A stretch of 64,000 bases of DNA from Candidatus Fervidifonticultor sextus (GCA_031459875.1 JAVKHQ010000002.1:41965-105964); one strand, 5' to 3'; shown: positions 18,827 through 28,642, counted from the first letter of the stretch. Made by a program: numbers and translations. Notes: generated by a model from the sequence alone, not told the origin.

Positions 18827-18855
18827 ACTATGGCAGACCGCCCCGGAGGTGTCAA
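18827..18855 (-). promoter_or_regulatory. Sigma70 promoter for the leader-DUF4395-thioredoxin operon
   Basis: TTGACA-17 bp-CATAGT. Confidence 0.75.
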
Positions 18856-18914
18856 GGCGTCCTGCCCGATCCCGCCGATCCGCAGAGGCCCTCGAGGGCG
18901 CACGGCTGCGTGCG

Positions 18915-18943
18915 TTGACGGCCGTTGCCGAGTCCTGTAGTCT
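18915..18943 (+). promoter_or_regulatory. Sigma70 promoter for the ArsB/NhaD permease
   Basis: TTGACG-17 bp-TAGTCT. Confidence 0.6.
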
Positions 18944-19023
18944 GACAGCGTGCCAGCGTACGGTCGCACCGCTACCCCGCCGGTCGGTCGTCCCGCGCCC
19001 TCCGGGATCACGCCGCTTCGGTC

Positions 19024-20277
19024 ATGAGTCTCACGCAACTCCTGACGCTGGGCATCTTCGTCGTCACCTATGCGCTTGCCGTCAGCCGGGTCGTCAAGAT
19101 TGCGTACGTCTCGCTGGCCGCCGCGGCGCTGCTGGTGGTCACCCGTATCCTGACCCCCCACGAGATCGTCACCCAGGCCCTCAAGTGGGACGTGCTGGGC
19201 ATCTACTGGGGGTTCATGATGGTGTCCATCGCCTTCATGGACAGCGGGGTCCCCAAGCTGCTGGCCGAGCGCATCCTCTACCATGCCCACACCGAAAAGC
19301 ATGCCGTCCTCTACCTGGCGACCGCCACGGCCGGCCTCTCCATCTGGATGGAAAATGTGGGGGTCGTGTTGATGATGGCGCCCATCGCGCTGGAGATCAG
19401 CCGGCGGCTGAACTCTTCCCTCTTCCCCTACATGGTCACCGTGGGCATCGCTTCCAACGTCGTGACGACCGTGACCATGGTCGCAGACCCGCCAACGATC
19501 ATCCTGGCCATCGAGACCGGCATGAAGTTCAAAGACTTCTACTGGTTCCTGGGGCGTCCGGGACTGGGGACCCTGACGGTCGTCGCCGTCATCGCCGCGC
19601 TGCTGACCCTGCTCCTCCAGTTCAGAGGGATGTCCCAGCGCATTGATCTGCCCGAGGACCGTGCGCCGGTGACCTGGGGCGCGACGGTCCTCTTCGTGGT
19701 GGCGGTGACGGCGCTCGCCTTCGGCCACGAGCGGGGGCTGCCGCCGGGGATCGTGGGGGTGGCGGCCGGCGCCATCGCCCTGTGGCTGAACCGGGGGCGG
19801 TTCCGCGCCATGTTCGTGGAGTTCGATTGGAATTCGTTTGCCTTCATCATCGGGATCTTCGTCGTGGTGCACTCGCTGCGTTCGACGGGGTTGCTGACGG
19901 AGTTCGCCCGCCTGCTCCACGGCATCGGCCTCCAGAGCCCGGCAGTAGCCATGGCCGGCCTGATCTGGATCGCCGTGGCGGCGTCGTCGTTTGTCGACAA
20001 CGTCCCGTTCACCGTCCTGATGATCCCGGTCGCCCAGGACCTGGCCCGGCTCCTGGGGATCAGCCCCTGGCCCTTGCTCTACGGCATGCTGGTCGGCACC
20101 GGCAGCGGCGGCAACATCACCCCCGTGGGGGCCACCGCCAACGTCTTCGCCTGCGGCTTCCTGGAGAAGCACGGCTACAGGATCCACCTGGGCCAGTACA
20201 TGAAGATCAGCGTGCCCTTCACGGTGGTGGCGGTCGGCGTCGCGCACATCCTGCTGGCCGTCTTCTGGCTGCGGTAG
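19024..20277 (+). CDS. ArsB/NhaD/SLC13-type anion permease
   Basis: MENVGVVL, ADPPTII, SSFVDNVPF, GGNITPVGATANV; multi-TM. Confidence 0.88.
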   Translation: MSLTQLLTLGIFVVTYALAVSRVVKIAYVSLAAAALLVVTRILTPHEIVTQALKWDVLGIYWGFMMVSIAFMDSGVPKLLAERILYHAHTEKHAVLYLATATAGLSIWMENVGVVLMMAPIALEISRRLNSSLFPYMVTVGIASNVVTTVTMVADPPTIILAIETGMKFKDFYWFLGRPGLGTLTVVAVIAALLTLLLQFRGMSQRIDLPEDRAPVTWGATVLFVVAVTALAFGHERGLPPGIVGVAAGAIALWLNRGRFRAMFVEFDWNSFAFIIGIFVVVHSLRSTGLLTEFARLLHGIGLQSPAVAMAGLIWIAVAASSFVDNVPFTVLMIPVAQDLARLLGISPWPLLYGMLVGTGSGGNITPVGATANVFACGFLEKHGYRIHLGQYMKISVPFTVVAVGVAHILLAVFWLR

Positions 20278-20332
20278 CCCACCCTCCCCACGGGCCCGCC
20301 GGGTCTTGACAGCGGGACTCGAGCATGTCCAT

Positions 20333-20351
20333 TATTTAGGAGTCCTAAGTA
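20333..20351. promoter_or_regulatory. Palindromic operator overlapping the RBS of the MarR gene
   Basis: TAtTTAGGA-G-TCCTAAgTA. Confidence 0.65.
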
Positions 20352-21004
20352 TGAAGTACCTGGGTTCCGATCCCTTTGACACCGCCGCGGACCCGCCCAC
20401 GCAGCGCATCGCCGCCGGTCTGGCCAAGGTGGGACTGGTCCTCAAGCACCAGGCCTGGCGCCGAGCCGGTGGGAGGGGGCTCTCGCCCACCCAGGCCCAG
20501 GTCCTGACAACCTTGCGGCACGCGCCGCGGGGGATGCGCCTCGGTGCAGTGGCCGACCGGCTGGCCGTCACCTCGGCCACCGCCAGCGAGGCGGTGGGCG
20601 CACTGGCGCGGAAGGGGCTGGTCCGCAAGGCGCGGGACGTCGCTGACTCCCGGGCAATCTCGATCCGGCTCACGCCGGCAGGCCGCCGGGCGGCCGGCCA
20701 CCTCGCCGGCTGGCCCGATGTCCTGCTCGACGCCGTGGACGCCCTCGGGCCGGACGAACAGGCTGTCTTCCTGCGAGGGCTGATCAAGATGATCGCCCTC
20801 CTGCAGGAACGGGGGCAGATCCCCGTCTCGCAGATGTGCGTCACATGTCGCTTCTTCCGGCCGCACGTGTACCGCAATCCAGACCGACCGCACCACTGCG
20901 CGTTTGTCGGCGCCCCCTTCGGCGACCGGCACCTGCGGCTGGACTGTCCGGATCACCAGCCAGCCGTCCCACAACACCTCGATGGGAGGAGGTCGGACGC
21001 ATGA
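20351..21004 (+). CDS. MarR-family regulator with C-terminal Cys/His metal-binding domain
   Basis: LSPTQAQVL...ATASEAVGALARKGLV...DSRAISIRLT; MCVTCRFF...HHCAFV...LRLDCPDH. Confidence 0.85.
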   Translation: MKYLGSDPFDTAADPPTQRIAAGLAKVGLVLKHQAWRRAGGRGLSPTQAQVLTTLRHAPRGMRLGAVADRLAVTSATASEAVGALARKGLVRKARDVADSRAISIRLTPAGRRAAGHLAGWPDVLLDAVDALGPDEQAVFLRGLIKMIALLQERGQIPVSQMCVTCRFFRPHVYRNPDRPHHCAFVGAPFGDRHLRLDCPDHQPAVPQHLDGRRSDA

Positions 21005-21591
21005 ACGAGCAGACCATCCCGGGCTACTGGTACGGCACCACCCAGGTGGCCCGTTCTCCGGTGACGCCAGACGATCTGGCACGCCTCAAACAGAGCGTCC
21101 TGTTTACCGACGACGACGAGCGCTACCTGCGTATGGCAGGAAAGGTGCTGGCCGACCAGGTGGAGGAGATCCTGGATGTGTGGTACGGGTTTGTCGGATC
21201 GCACCCTCACCTGGTCTACTACTTCACCGGCCCCGATGGTCACCCCGATGCCAGCTATCTCGCCGCGGTCCGCCGGCGCTTCGGCCAGTGGATTCTCGAC
21301 ACATGTCGGCGAACCTACGATCAGGACTGGCTGAACTATCAGCATGAGATCGGCCTGCGCCACCACCGGACCAAGAAGAACCAGACCGACGGCGTGCGCT
21401 CGGTACCCCATATCCACCTGCGATACCTGGTCGCTTTCGTCTACCCCATCACGGCCACCATCAAACCGTTCCTGGCCAAGGGAGGCCACAGCCCCGATGA
21501 GGTGGAGAAGATGCACCAGGCGTGGTTCAAGTCCGTGGTGCTCCAGGTCGCGCTGTGGAGCCGCGCCTACGTCGGCGGGGACGACTGGTAG
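21001..21591 (+). CDS. Protoglobin
   Basis: IPGYWYG...SPVT, WYGFVGSHPHL, RFGQWILDT, EIGLRHHRTKKNQTD, YLVAFVYPI. Confidence 0.92.
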   Translation: MNEQTIPGYWYGTTQVARSPVTPDDLARLKQSVLFTDDDERYLRMAGKVLADQVEEILDVWYGFVGSHPHLVYYFTGPDGHPDASYLAAVRRRFGQWILDTCRRTYDQDWLNYQHEIGLRHHRTKKNQTDGVRSVPHIHLRYLVAFVYPITATIKPFLAKGGHSPDEVEKMHQAWFKSVVLQVALWSRAYVGGDDW

Positions 21592-22258
21592 GCGTCCAGC
21601 CGGACTCGCCCGGCTCGGCGCCCTGCGCCCGGATCCAGGCCATGGCCTCGGCGATGGCGGCCTCCTGTGCGCCCCGGGACTCGGCCGGAGGGGGCAGCGC
21701 CGGGCCGATCCGCACGGCCACCCGGCCCGGTCGGGGCAGACGGGCGCCCAGCGGGAAGACCCGGCCGGTCCCGATCAGGGCGACCGGGGTGATCGGGACG
21801 CCGGCGCGGGCAGCCAGGAGGGCCGCCCCGCGGCGGGGCGCACGAGGCTGCGGGCTCACCCCGCCTTCGGGGAAGACCCCGACCTTGCGGCCGGCGGTCA
21901 ACGCCAGCAGCGCCTCGCGGACGGCATCGGTGTCCACCTCGCCCCGGCGCACCGGAATGCAGCCGTAGGTCCGCATCGCCCAGCCCACGGCCGGCAGGGC
22001 CAGGAACTCGCCGGCCGCCACGAACAGCACCCGGTCCGGCACCGCGGCGGCGATGAAGAGCGGGTCCAGGGCGCTGGGATGGTTGGCCACGAGCACGGCG
22101 GCGCCCGCAGGATACCGCTCGAGGCCTTCGGCGTGGAACCCGAAGAGCACGCGGAGCAGGGCGCCGACGACCGCGTGCGTGAGTCGGAACAGGAAGGTCT
22201 CCCGAGGCCACCGGGAGGGCCGGAGCCGGTGCGGGCGGCGGTGGTGGTCCTGATCCAT
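21527..22258 (-). CDS. 1-acyl-sn-glycerol-3-phosphate acyltransferase (PlsC family)
   Basis: NHPSALD, IPVRRG, FPEG, PITPVAL. Confidence 0.85.
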   Translation of the reverse strand: MDQDHHRRPHRLRPSRWPRETFLFRLTHAVVGALLRVLFGFHAEGLERYPAGAAVLVANHPSALDPLFIAAAVPDRVLFVAAGEFLALPAVGWAMRTYGCIPVRRGEVDTDAVREALLALTAGRKVGVFPEGGVSPQPRAPRRGAALLAARAGVPITPVALIGTGRVFPLGARLPRPGRVAVRIGPALPPPAESRGAQEAAIAEAMAWIRAQGAEPGESGWTPTSRPRRRRRGSTARPGAPRT

Positions 22259-22296
22259 GCGTCGGGAGCGGGAGCAGGGCGAGGACCCAAGAGGGC

Positions 22297-23109
22297 CTAC
22301 TCGGGGACGATCCTCGCGACCTTCACCGTGTTCTGGACCGCGGCCACCTCGGGCACCCGGCCGGCCACCTCGCTGGCGGCGAGGCACTCCTCCGCCGAGA
22401 ACACGAGTCCCCCGAGTGTAACGACTCCCCGGTGCGCGGTCACCTGAAGATCCGACCGCGCCAGCCGCGCATCCATCTTCAGGGCCTCGGCCACCCGGGC
22501 CGCCAGCGCCCGATCGCGCACCTCCTGGCGCGAAGCCTCGTCGGCCTGAAACTCCGGAGCGTCCAGCAGCCGCTCGATGAGGCCGCAGCCCTCCTCGACG
22601 GTGATCCGCTCGGTGTTGATGACGAGATCGTAGAGGTCGCTGTCCTCCCACTCCACGTCGAAGAACTGCCGCAGGCGGGCCCGCACCCCCGCATCGTACC
22701 GCTGGGCCAGCGCCCGGGCCTCGACGCGCGGGATGTGCAGGCGGTCTGCCAGCCGCCCGACCCGCACCTCCAGCGGCGCGCAGACGCGCACCCGCACCGC
22801 GTGGCGGACGCCCCGGAGCAGCATGGTGGACCAGCGGCCCAGGAGGACCACGTTGTCTTCCGCCGCGAACGCCAGGACCGCCGCGGCCACGTGGAGGTAG
22901 TTCCGGCGGCCCGGTTCGCTGAGCCGCTCCCACAATCCCGGAGGGGCCTCGACCGACTCCAGCAGCTGCTGCTCGCTGATCTCTCCGAACCGTGCCGCCT
23001 CGGCCAGGATCTCGCGCCGCACGTGGCGGTAGCCGCGGCGCTGGGCCAGGCGCTCTGCGATATAGGTACCCAGGCTGCCCAGTTCACGGGTCATCGCAAC
23101 GATCCCCAT
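22297..23109 (-). CDS. Cytidylate-kinase-like protein with C-terminal BON domain
   Basis: TRELGSLG, VLLGR, YDLVINT; BON: VTAHRGVVTLGG...VAAVQNTV. Confidence 0.85.
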   Translation of the reverse strand: MGIVAMTRELGSLGTYIAERLAQRRGYRHVRREILAEAARFGEISEQQLLESVEAPPGLWERLSEPGRRNYLHVAAAVLAFAAEDNVVLLGRWSTMLLRGVRHAVRVRVCAPLEVRVGRLADRLHIPRVEARALAQRYDAGVRARLRQFFDVEWEDSDLYDLVINTERITVEEGCGLIERLLDAPEFQADEASRQEVRDRALAARVAEALKMDARLARSDLQVTAHRGVVTLGGLVFSAEECLAASEVAGRVPEVAAVQNTVKVARIVPE

Positions 23110-23138
23110 CGGCCCTCCGCCTCCAGGAACACCCGTGC

Positions 23139-24668
23139 TCAGGTGCGATCCGCCGCACCGGCCGCTGCCTGACCGCCCGGGTTCTTCCCCCGGCGCAGGG
23201 CGCGATAGGCGGGCAGGAGGAAGAGCACGACACTGGCCAGGATGAAGAGCAGGGCGATCGGCCGGGTGAAGAAGATGGCGGGCGAGCCCTGCCCCATGAT
23301 GAGGCTCTGGCGCAGGGCCTGCTCGGTCATGTCGCCGAGGACCAGCGCGACGACCAGGGGGGCCAGGGGGTAGTCGAGTTTCTTGAACAGGTACCCCGCC
23401 ACGCCCGCCCCCAGCATGAGCCAGAGGTCGAGGATCTGGTTGTTGGTGGCATAGGCCCCGATGCTGGAGAAGATGACGATCAGCGGGGCCAGGATGCCGA
23501 ACGGGATCCGGTTGATGGCGGCGAAGACGGGGACCAGGGTCAGGACCAGCAGGACCCCGATGAGGTTGGCGGTGTACATGGACCCGATGAGGCCCCAGAC
23601 GAACTCCCGCTGTTCTTTGAACAGCAGGGCCCCGGGGTTGAGGCCCCAGATGAAGAAGCCCGCCAGCATGACGGCGGCGGTGGGCGAGCCAGGGATCCCC
23701 AGGGTGACCATGGGCAGCAGCGCGCCGATACCCGCCGCGTGGGCGGCGGTCTCCGGCGCCACCACGCCCTCGACCTCGCCCTTGCCGAACCGTTCGGGGT
23801 GCCTGCTGAACTGCCTGGCCATGCCGTAACTCATGAAGGAGGCCGGGGTGGCTCCGGTACCCGGGAGCACACCAATCCAGAACCCCAAAATCGTCGCGCG
23901 GACGAGCGTGGTCACGTACCGGGGAAACAGCCTCCAGGTCTCCCACACGTCACGGAATCCCAGGCGCGCGCGGATGCCTTCCAGCCGCAGCCCTTCCTCC
24001 ACGGTCAGGAGGATCTCGCCGAGGCCGAAGAGGCCGATGGCAATCACGACGAAGTTGATGCCGCCCTGGAGGGCCACGACACCGAAGTGCATCCGCGGCT
24101 GTCCCGTCACGATGTCGAAGCCCACGGTCGCCAGCAGCAGGCCCAGCAGGGTCATCAGGATCGTCTTCGCCGGATCCCCGCCGCCCAGCCCGGCGAACGT
24201 CGCAAAGGCCAGCAGGAACACGGCGAAGTTCTCCGGGGGCCCAAACCGGAGCGCCAGGTCGGCCAGCGGCGGGGCGAAGAACGTGAACAGGACGATGGAC
24301 ACCAGCGCCCCGATGAACGACGACGTGAACGCGGCGGTCAGCGCGATGCCCGGTTTGCCCTGCTTGGCCAGCGGATAGCCGTCGAAGGTCGTGGCCACCG
24401 ACCACGGCTCCCCCGGGATGTTGAACAGGATCGCGGTGATCGCGCCCCCGAAGATGGCGCCCCAGTACACCGACGCCAGCAGGATGATGGCTGAGGTCGG
24501 CTTGAGGGTAAAGGTGAGCGGCAGCAGCAGCGCGATGCCGTTGGTCCCCCCCAGGCCCGGGAGCACCCCGATGGCCGTGCCCAGGACCAAGCCGACCACT
24601 GCCACGCCCATGTTGACGGGGGTGAGCGCGACCCCCAGGCCGTAGAGCAGATCGCTGAAGACGGACAC
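23139..24668 (-). CDS. tctA: Tripartite tricarboxylate transporter large subunit
   Basis: GVLPGLG, AILFNIPG, TFDGYPLA, GVVAPETA, TLGIPGS. Confidence 0.92.
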   Translation of the reverse strand: MSVFSDLLYGLGVALTPVNMGVAVVGLVLGTAIGVLPGLGGTNGIALLLPLTFTLKPTSAIILLASVYWGAIFGGAITAILFNIPGEPWSVATTFDGYPLAKQGKPGIALTAAFTSSFIGALVSIVLFTFFAPPLADLALRFGPPENFAVFLLAFATFAGLGGGDPAKTILMTLLGLLLATVGFDIVTGQPRMHFGVVALQGGINFVVIAIGLFGLGEILLTVEEGLRLEGIRARLGFRDVWETWRLFPRYVTTLVRATILGFWIGVLPGTGATPASFMSYGMARQFSRHPERFGKGEVEGVVAPETAAHAAGIGALLPMVTLGIPGSPTAAVMLAGFFIWGLNPGALLFKEQREFVWGLIGSMYTANLIGVLLVLTLVPVFAAINRIPFGILAPLIVIFSSIGAYATNNQILDLWLMLGAGVAGYLFKKLDYPLAPLVVALVLGDMTEQALRQSLIMGQGSPAIFFTRPIALLFILASVVLFLLPAYRALRRGKNPGGQAAAGAADRT

Positions 24669-24671
24669 GCG

Positions 24672-25145
24672 CTATCTCCGGTAGAGGAGGTATTCCAGGA
24701 TGACACCCTTGGGCAGCAGGAGGAGGAACCACCGCTCGAAGATGAGGAAGAGCCCCAGCGGGATCAGCACGCTGACCAGCACGATGGTGACCGGGCGGTG
24801 GCGTCCCACGAACAGCGTGTAGCCTGCCAGGTACAGGGCCCCGCCCAGGTAGAGCCCCAGGTAGTCGATGAGGGCCACCACGGCCACCATGGGCAGGAAC
24901 GCAGCCACGAGGGGCTTCCAGGCGCCGGGTGGGAGGAAGGGCCGGTCGCCGCCCGGAGCCGCCTGCAGGCTCTTAAGCAGGATCAGGATCGCGTTGAATG
25001 CCAGCCCGATCGCCAGCACCGTCGGGAAGAACCCGGCTCCCGGGCCCGTCGGGGTCCAGGCGACCGGCAGGCGGACTGCTTCCCGCAAAAGCAGGATGGC
25101 GCTCGCGACGAGCGCGAGCGCCATCGCCTGCCCGGCCCTATGCAT
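24672..25145 (-). CDS. tctB: Tripartite tricarboxylate transporter small subunit
   Basis: GPGAGFFP; four TM; LLPKG. Confidence 0.85.
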   Translation of the reverse strand: MHRAGQAMALALVASAILLLREAVRLPVAWTPTGPGAGFFPTVLAIGLAFNAILILLKSLQAAPGGDRPFLPPGAWKPLVAAFLPMVAVVALIDYLGLYLGGALYLAGYTLFVGRHRPVTIVLVSVLIPLGLFLIFERWFLLLLPKGVILEYLLYRR

Positions 25146-25169
25146 GGGGCATCCGGTGACGGGGCGGGA

Positions 25170-26192
25170 TCACTCTTTGGGCACCAGCCCGCCCCTGACC
25201 ATGAGGGTGCGCACCTGGGCGTCCTTCTGGTCCAGCCACCGCACGAACTCGGCGCCGGTCAAAAACGCCTTCGTGTAGGCTCCGCGCTCGATGAAGTCGG
25301 CCATCTCCCGGGTGTCCAGCACCTTCCGAAACACGTCCTGGTAGAACACCACAGCCTCACCCGGCATCTCCGGCGGCCCGAAGATCCCGCGCAGCATCAT
25401 GTATTCCAGCGGGAACCCCAGTTCCTTCATCGTCGGGATCTCCCGCCACCTGGGGAAGGGCACGCGCTCACTGGCGAAGAACGCCAGCGGCCGCACCCGC
25501 CCCGCCTCCCAGTGCCCGACGGCCTCGATGGGGTTGTTCACCGTGAAGTCCACCTGCTTGCCGACCAGCGCGGCTGCCACGGCGCCTCCGCCTGGGAACG
25601 GGACATAGGTGAACTTCACGTCCCACGCCTGCTCGAGCATCACCATGATGATCTCGTCTTCCTGCTTGGATCCCGTGCCGGCCATCTTCAGGCTGCCGGG
25701 CGGCGCGGCCTTGGCCGCCCGCTGGAAGTCGGCGACGGTCCGCCAGGGCGAGTCGGCATGGACCCACAGGACGAAGTGGTCCAGCAGGAGTCGGGCGATC
25801 GGGGTCAGGTCCCGCCAGGAGAACCGGCCGCCGTCGCGCTTGCGGATGACCTGCGCGATGGGCGTGGCGAACAGGTTGTCCAGCGTGATGAGGATCGTGT
25901 GGGGATCCCCGGTCTTGTCGATCATCCACAGGAACGCCTGGGCCCCGGCGCCGGCCGGCCGGTTGACCGGGATCAGCGGCTGGGGCGAAAGGTGATACTG
26001 GGCCACCAGCGGCGCGATGAACCGCGCCTGCTGGTCGGCACCTCCCCCGGTGCCTGCGGGGACGGTCCACTCGACGGGGCGGCGGGGCGCCCAGGCCGGG
26101 CCGCCAGAGGCGGGCCCCACAAGAACCAGCGCCCCTACCAGTCCGAGGGCCAGTGCGAGACGAGCCGTGCGGAGTTCCAGCGTCATCTCCAT
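25170..26192 (-). CDS. tctC: Tripartite tricarboxylate transporter substrate-binding protein (Bug/TctC)
   Basis: PRRPVEWTVPAGTGGGAD, NRPAGAG, YVPFPGGG, PTMKELG. Confidence 0.9.
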   Translation of the reverse strand: MEMTLELRTARLALALGLVGALVLVGPASGGPAWAPRRPVEWTVPAGTGGGADQQARFIAPLVAQYHLSPQPLIPVNRPAGAGAQAFLWMIDKTGDPHTILITLDNLFATPIAQVIRKRDGGRFSWRDLTPIARLLLDHFVLWVHADSPWRTVADFQRAAKAAPPGSLKMAGTGSKQEDEIIMVMLEQAWDVKFTYVPFPGGGAVAAALVGKQVDFTVNNPIEAVGHWEAGRVRPLAFFASERVPFPRWREIPTMKELGFPLEYMMLRGIFGPPEMPGEAVVFYQDVFRKVLDTREMADFIERGAYTKAFLTGAEFVRWLDQKDAQVRTLMVRGGLVPKE

Positions 26193-26340
26193 CCCCTCCA
26201 CTCAAGGTATTGGTGACGAAGTCGGTCATGAAGAGGGCAGCTCCCCGATCCCGTCGGATGGGGAGCCGTGGTGTCTGTGAGATTGCCCGGCACGCGCGAG
26301 ATCACCCGAGGCCTCCGGCCAAGCCCCGGTGCGTTCCAAA

Positions 26341-27366
26341 TCAGGCCGGCGGCTTGTCCTTCCCGAGTTCGCTGGCAAACGGAATGACGCCGGGGATCAG
26401 CCATTTGTTCCACATCTCGTCGACCTTGGCCTGGAAGTAGTCGATGTCGTCGTCGGTGAAGTGGGCGAAGCGTCCCTGCCGGAGCAGGTAGTCGCGCACC
26501 GGCAGGCGCTTGGTCCGACCCTCGGCGATGCCCTTGGACCGCCCGTAAAGCCTGAGGGTGTGGTTCTCCACCTCGTAGAGCGGCCAGATGCCGCAGTTGA
26601 CGGCCAGTTCCCCCAGTTCGTGGGAGAGCATCGGGTCGTAGTCCCACCCCTTGGGGCAGGGGTCCAGGGAGTGGATGAAGGTGGGGCCGCCGATCGACAG
26701 CGCCTTGCGCACCCGGTTCATCATGTCCACGGCGTAGGAGGCGCAGACGGTGGCCACGTACCGGCACTCAGGGTGCCCCGCGGCCAGCATCCCCGCCACG
26801 TTCTTCTTCCACCGGGTGTGCAGGATGCGCTTCATCTTGCCCGGCGGGCTGAAGGTGGTGTGCGCGCCCCAGGGGGTGACCCCCGAGAGCTGGATGTCGG
26901 TGTTGGCGTAGGACTCGTTGTCGTAGAGCAGGATCAGGAAGTTGTAGTCGGTGTGGGTGAGCGCGGCCGAGATGGCCGACAGCCCCATGTCGGCACCGCC
27001 ACCGTCGCCGCAGAAGGCGATGACGTTGATGGGCTCGCTGGGGATCTTGCCCTTGCGCATCAGCACCCGCAGCGCCGCTGCGGTGCCCAACCCGGCCGAC
27101 CCGCTGCTGCCGAGCTGGGTGTGCATCCAGGGGACCACCCAGGAGGTGCTGTAGTACGTCGTGTTGGCGACGTACATGCACCCGGTGCTGCCCAGCACGA
27201 TGGTGCGCGGCCCGGCGGCCTTGACCATGAGCTTCATGACCAGGGCCGACTCACACCCCTGGCACGTCCGGTGGCCGGAAGTGAAGTACTCCTCCAGCGG
27301 CACCTTCTTGACCCCTTTGAAGGGGTCGAGGACCGGAGTCGGATACGTCTCGATCGCGTCCGCCAT
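26341..27366 (-). CDS. 2-oxoacid:ferredoxin oxidoreductase beta (TPP-binding), oxalate-oxidoreductase-like
   Basis: GHRTCQGC, TGCMYVANT, GDGG...DNESYANT, PCPKGW. Confidence 0.88.
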   Translation of the reverse strand: MADAIETYPTPVLDPFKGVKKVPLEEYFTSGHRTCQGCESALVMKLMVKAAGPRTIVLGSTGCMYVANTTYYSTSWVVPWMHTQLGSSGSAGLGTAAALRVLMRKGKIPSEPINVIAFCGDGGGADMGLSAISAALTHTDYNFLILLYDNESYANTDIQLSGVTPWGAHTTFSPPGKMKRILHTRWKKNVAGMLAAGHPECRYVATVCASYAVDMMNRVRKALSIGGPTFIHSLDPCPKGWDYDPMLSHELGELAVNCGIWPLYEVENHTLRLYGRSKGIAEGRTKRLPVRDYLLRQGRFAHFTDDDIDYFQAKVDEMWNKWLIPGVIPFASELGKDKPPA

Positions 27367-27380
27367 TGCTGCCACCCCCG

Positions 27381-28604
27381 CTATTCGCGCAGCCCAATCC
27401 AGTAGGTGTCGGCCAGCCGCTCGCCGTTGGCGGCCCGGTAGACCATGTCGGTCATCTCGTGCACGTTGGGCACGGTGACCTCGCGCCCGCCGAGGCCGCA
27501 GATGAACCCCACCACTGGCGGCCGCCGCTCGGCGCCGTAGAGGGCGGTGCGCACCTCGTTGGCGACGACGCCGCTGAAGTAGGGCGACCCGAACGAGTAG
27601 TCCCGGTCGATCACGCCGACCGCCGCGAAGCGCCCCAGGACCTCCTGCAGGAGCTCGGTGGGAAACGGCCTAAACCACCGCAGGCGCACGAAGCCCACCT
27701 TCCGGCCCTCCCTTCGCATCTTGCGGATGGCCACCTTGACCGGCATCGACAGCGTCCCCATGCCCAGCAGGACCACGTCGGCGTCGTCGGTCTCGTACTC
27801 CTCGAAGAACGGGTTGCCGTAGCGCCGGCCGAAGATGCGCTCGAAGTCGGCATAGGCCTCGCGGATGACCTGCGGAGCGCGCCGGGCGGCCGCGTCGTTC
27901 TGCTTGCGGATCTCCATGACCCAGTCCTCATTGGCCTGGGGGGCCACCGTGATGGGGTTGTCGGGGTGCAGGGTGAGGTCCCCGCGGTTGTAGCGCGGCA
28001 GGAACTCGTTGACCCACTCCTGCGGCGGGATCTTCACCAGCGACTGCGAGTGGGTCAGGAAGGCCCCGTCGCATCCGATGGCGCACGGCAGGAAGACGCG
28101 GCGGTCCTCGGCGATGCGCCAGGCCAGCAGGGCGGTGTCCAGGGCCTCCTGCGCCGTGTCCACCCAGACCAGCAACCACCCCAGGTCCCGCACCGCCAGG
28201 GCATCGTTGTGCTCGACGCCGAAGGCGCCGGGATCGTCCAGGGCCCGGTTGCCCACCATGGCCACCATGGGGATCCGCAACGCCGGGGTGACGGTAAGGG
28301 CCTCGAAGGCGTACATCCACCCCACGCCGCTGGAACCCACGAAGACCCGCGCGCCCACCGCCGAGGCGTGCTTGACGATCTCGAACTGCGAGTGCTCGCT
28401 CTCGGCGACGATGTACTCGCAGTCCAGTTCGCCGTTGGCCACGAGTTTGGCCACGTACTGCATCACGGTGTCATAGGGACGGATGGGGTAGGCGGTGATC
28501 ACATCCACGTCGGCCAGCTTGCAGGCGACCGCGATCGCCTCGCTGCCGCTGATCAGCGCCTCGGTTTCCCGCAGTGCGACTTCGGCTTCTCTGACCTGTG
28601 CCAT
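27381..28604 (-). CDS. 2-oxoacid:ferredoxin oxidoreductase alpha, oxalate-oxidoreductase-like
   Basis: AYPIRPY (Arg where PFOR has YPITP), ESEHS, NRALDDPGAFGVEHND, GLGGR. Confidence 0.88.
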   Translation of the reverse strand: MAQVREAEVALRETEALISGSEAIAVACKLADVDVITAYPIRPYDTVMQYVAKLVANGELDCEYIVAESEHSQFEIVKHASAVGARVFVGSSGVGWMYAFEALTVTPALRIPMVAMVGNRALDDPGAFGVEHNDALAVRDLGWLLVWVDTAQEALDTALLAWRIAEDRRVFLPCAIGCDGAFLTHSQSLVKIPPQEWVNEFLPRYNRGDLTLHPDNPITVAPQANEDWVMEIRKQNDAAARRAPQVIREAYADFERIFGRRYGNPFFEEYETDDADVVLLGMGTLSMPVKVAIRKMRREGRKVGFVRLRWFRPFPTELLQEVLGRFAAVGVIDRDYSFGSPYFSGVVANEVRTALYGAERRPPVVGFICGLGGREVTVPNVHEMTDMVYRAANGERLADTYWIGLRE

Positions 28605-28642
28605 CGTCACCCTCCTTGCACGCGCTGACTCGGACGCATCGG

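Noticed and set aside
21527..21591. 65-nt tail-to-tail overlap of plsC and protoglobin
   Set aside because: Best explained by stop-codon drift in GC-rich DNA
26255..26270. Hairpin between the oxidoreductase beta gene and tctC (GCTCCCC...GGGGAGC, about 26240-26266)
   Set aside because: No U-tract or recognisable aptamer; probably a simple mRNA-stabilising stem
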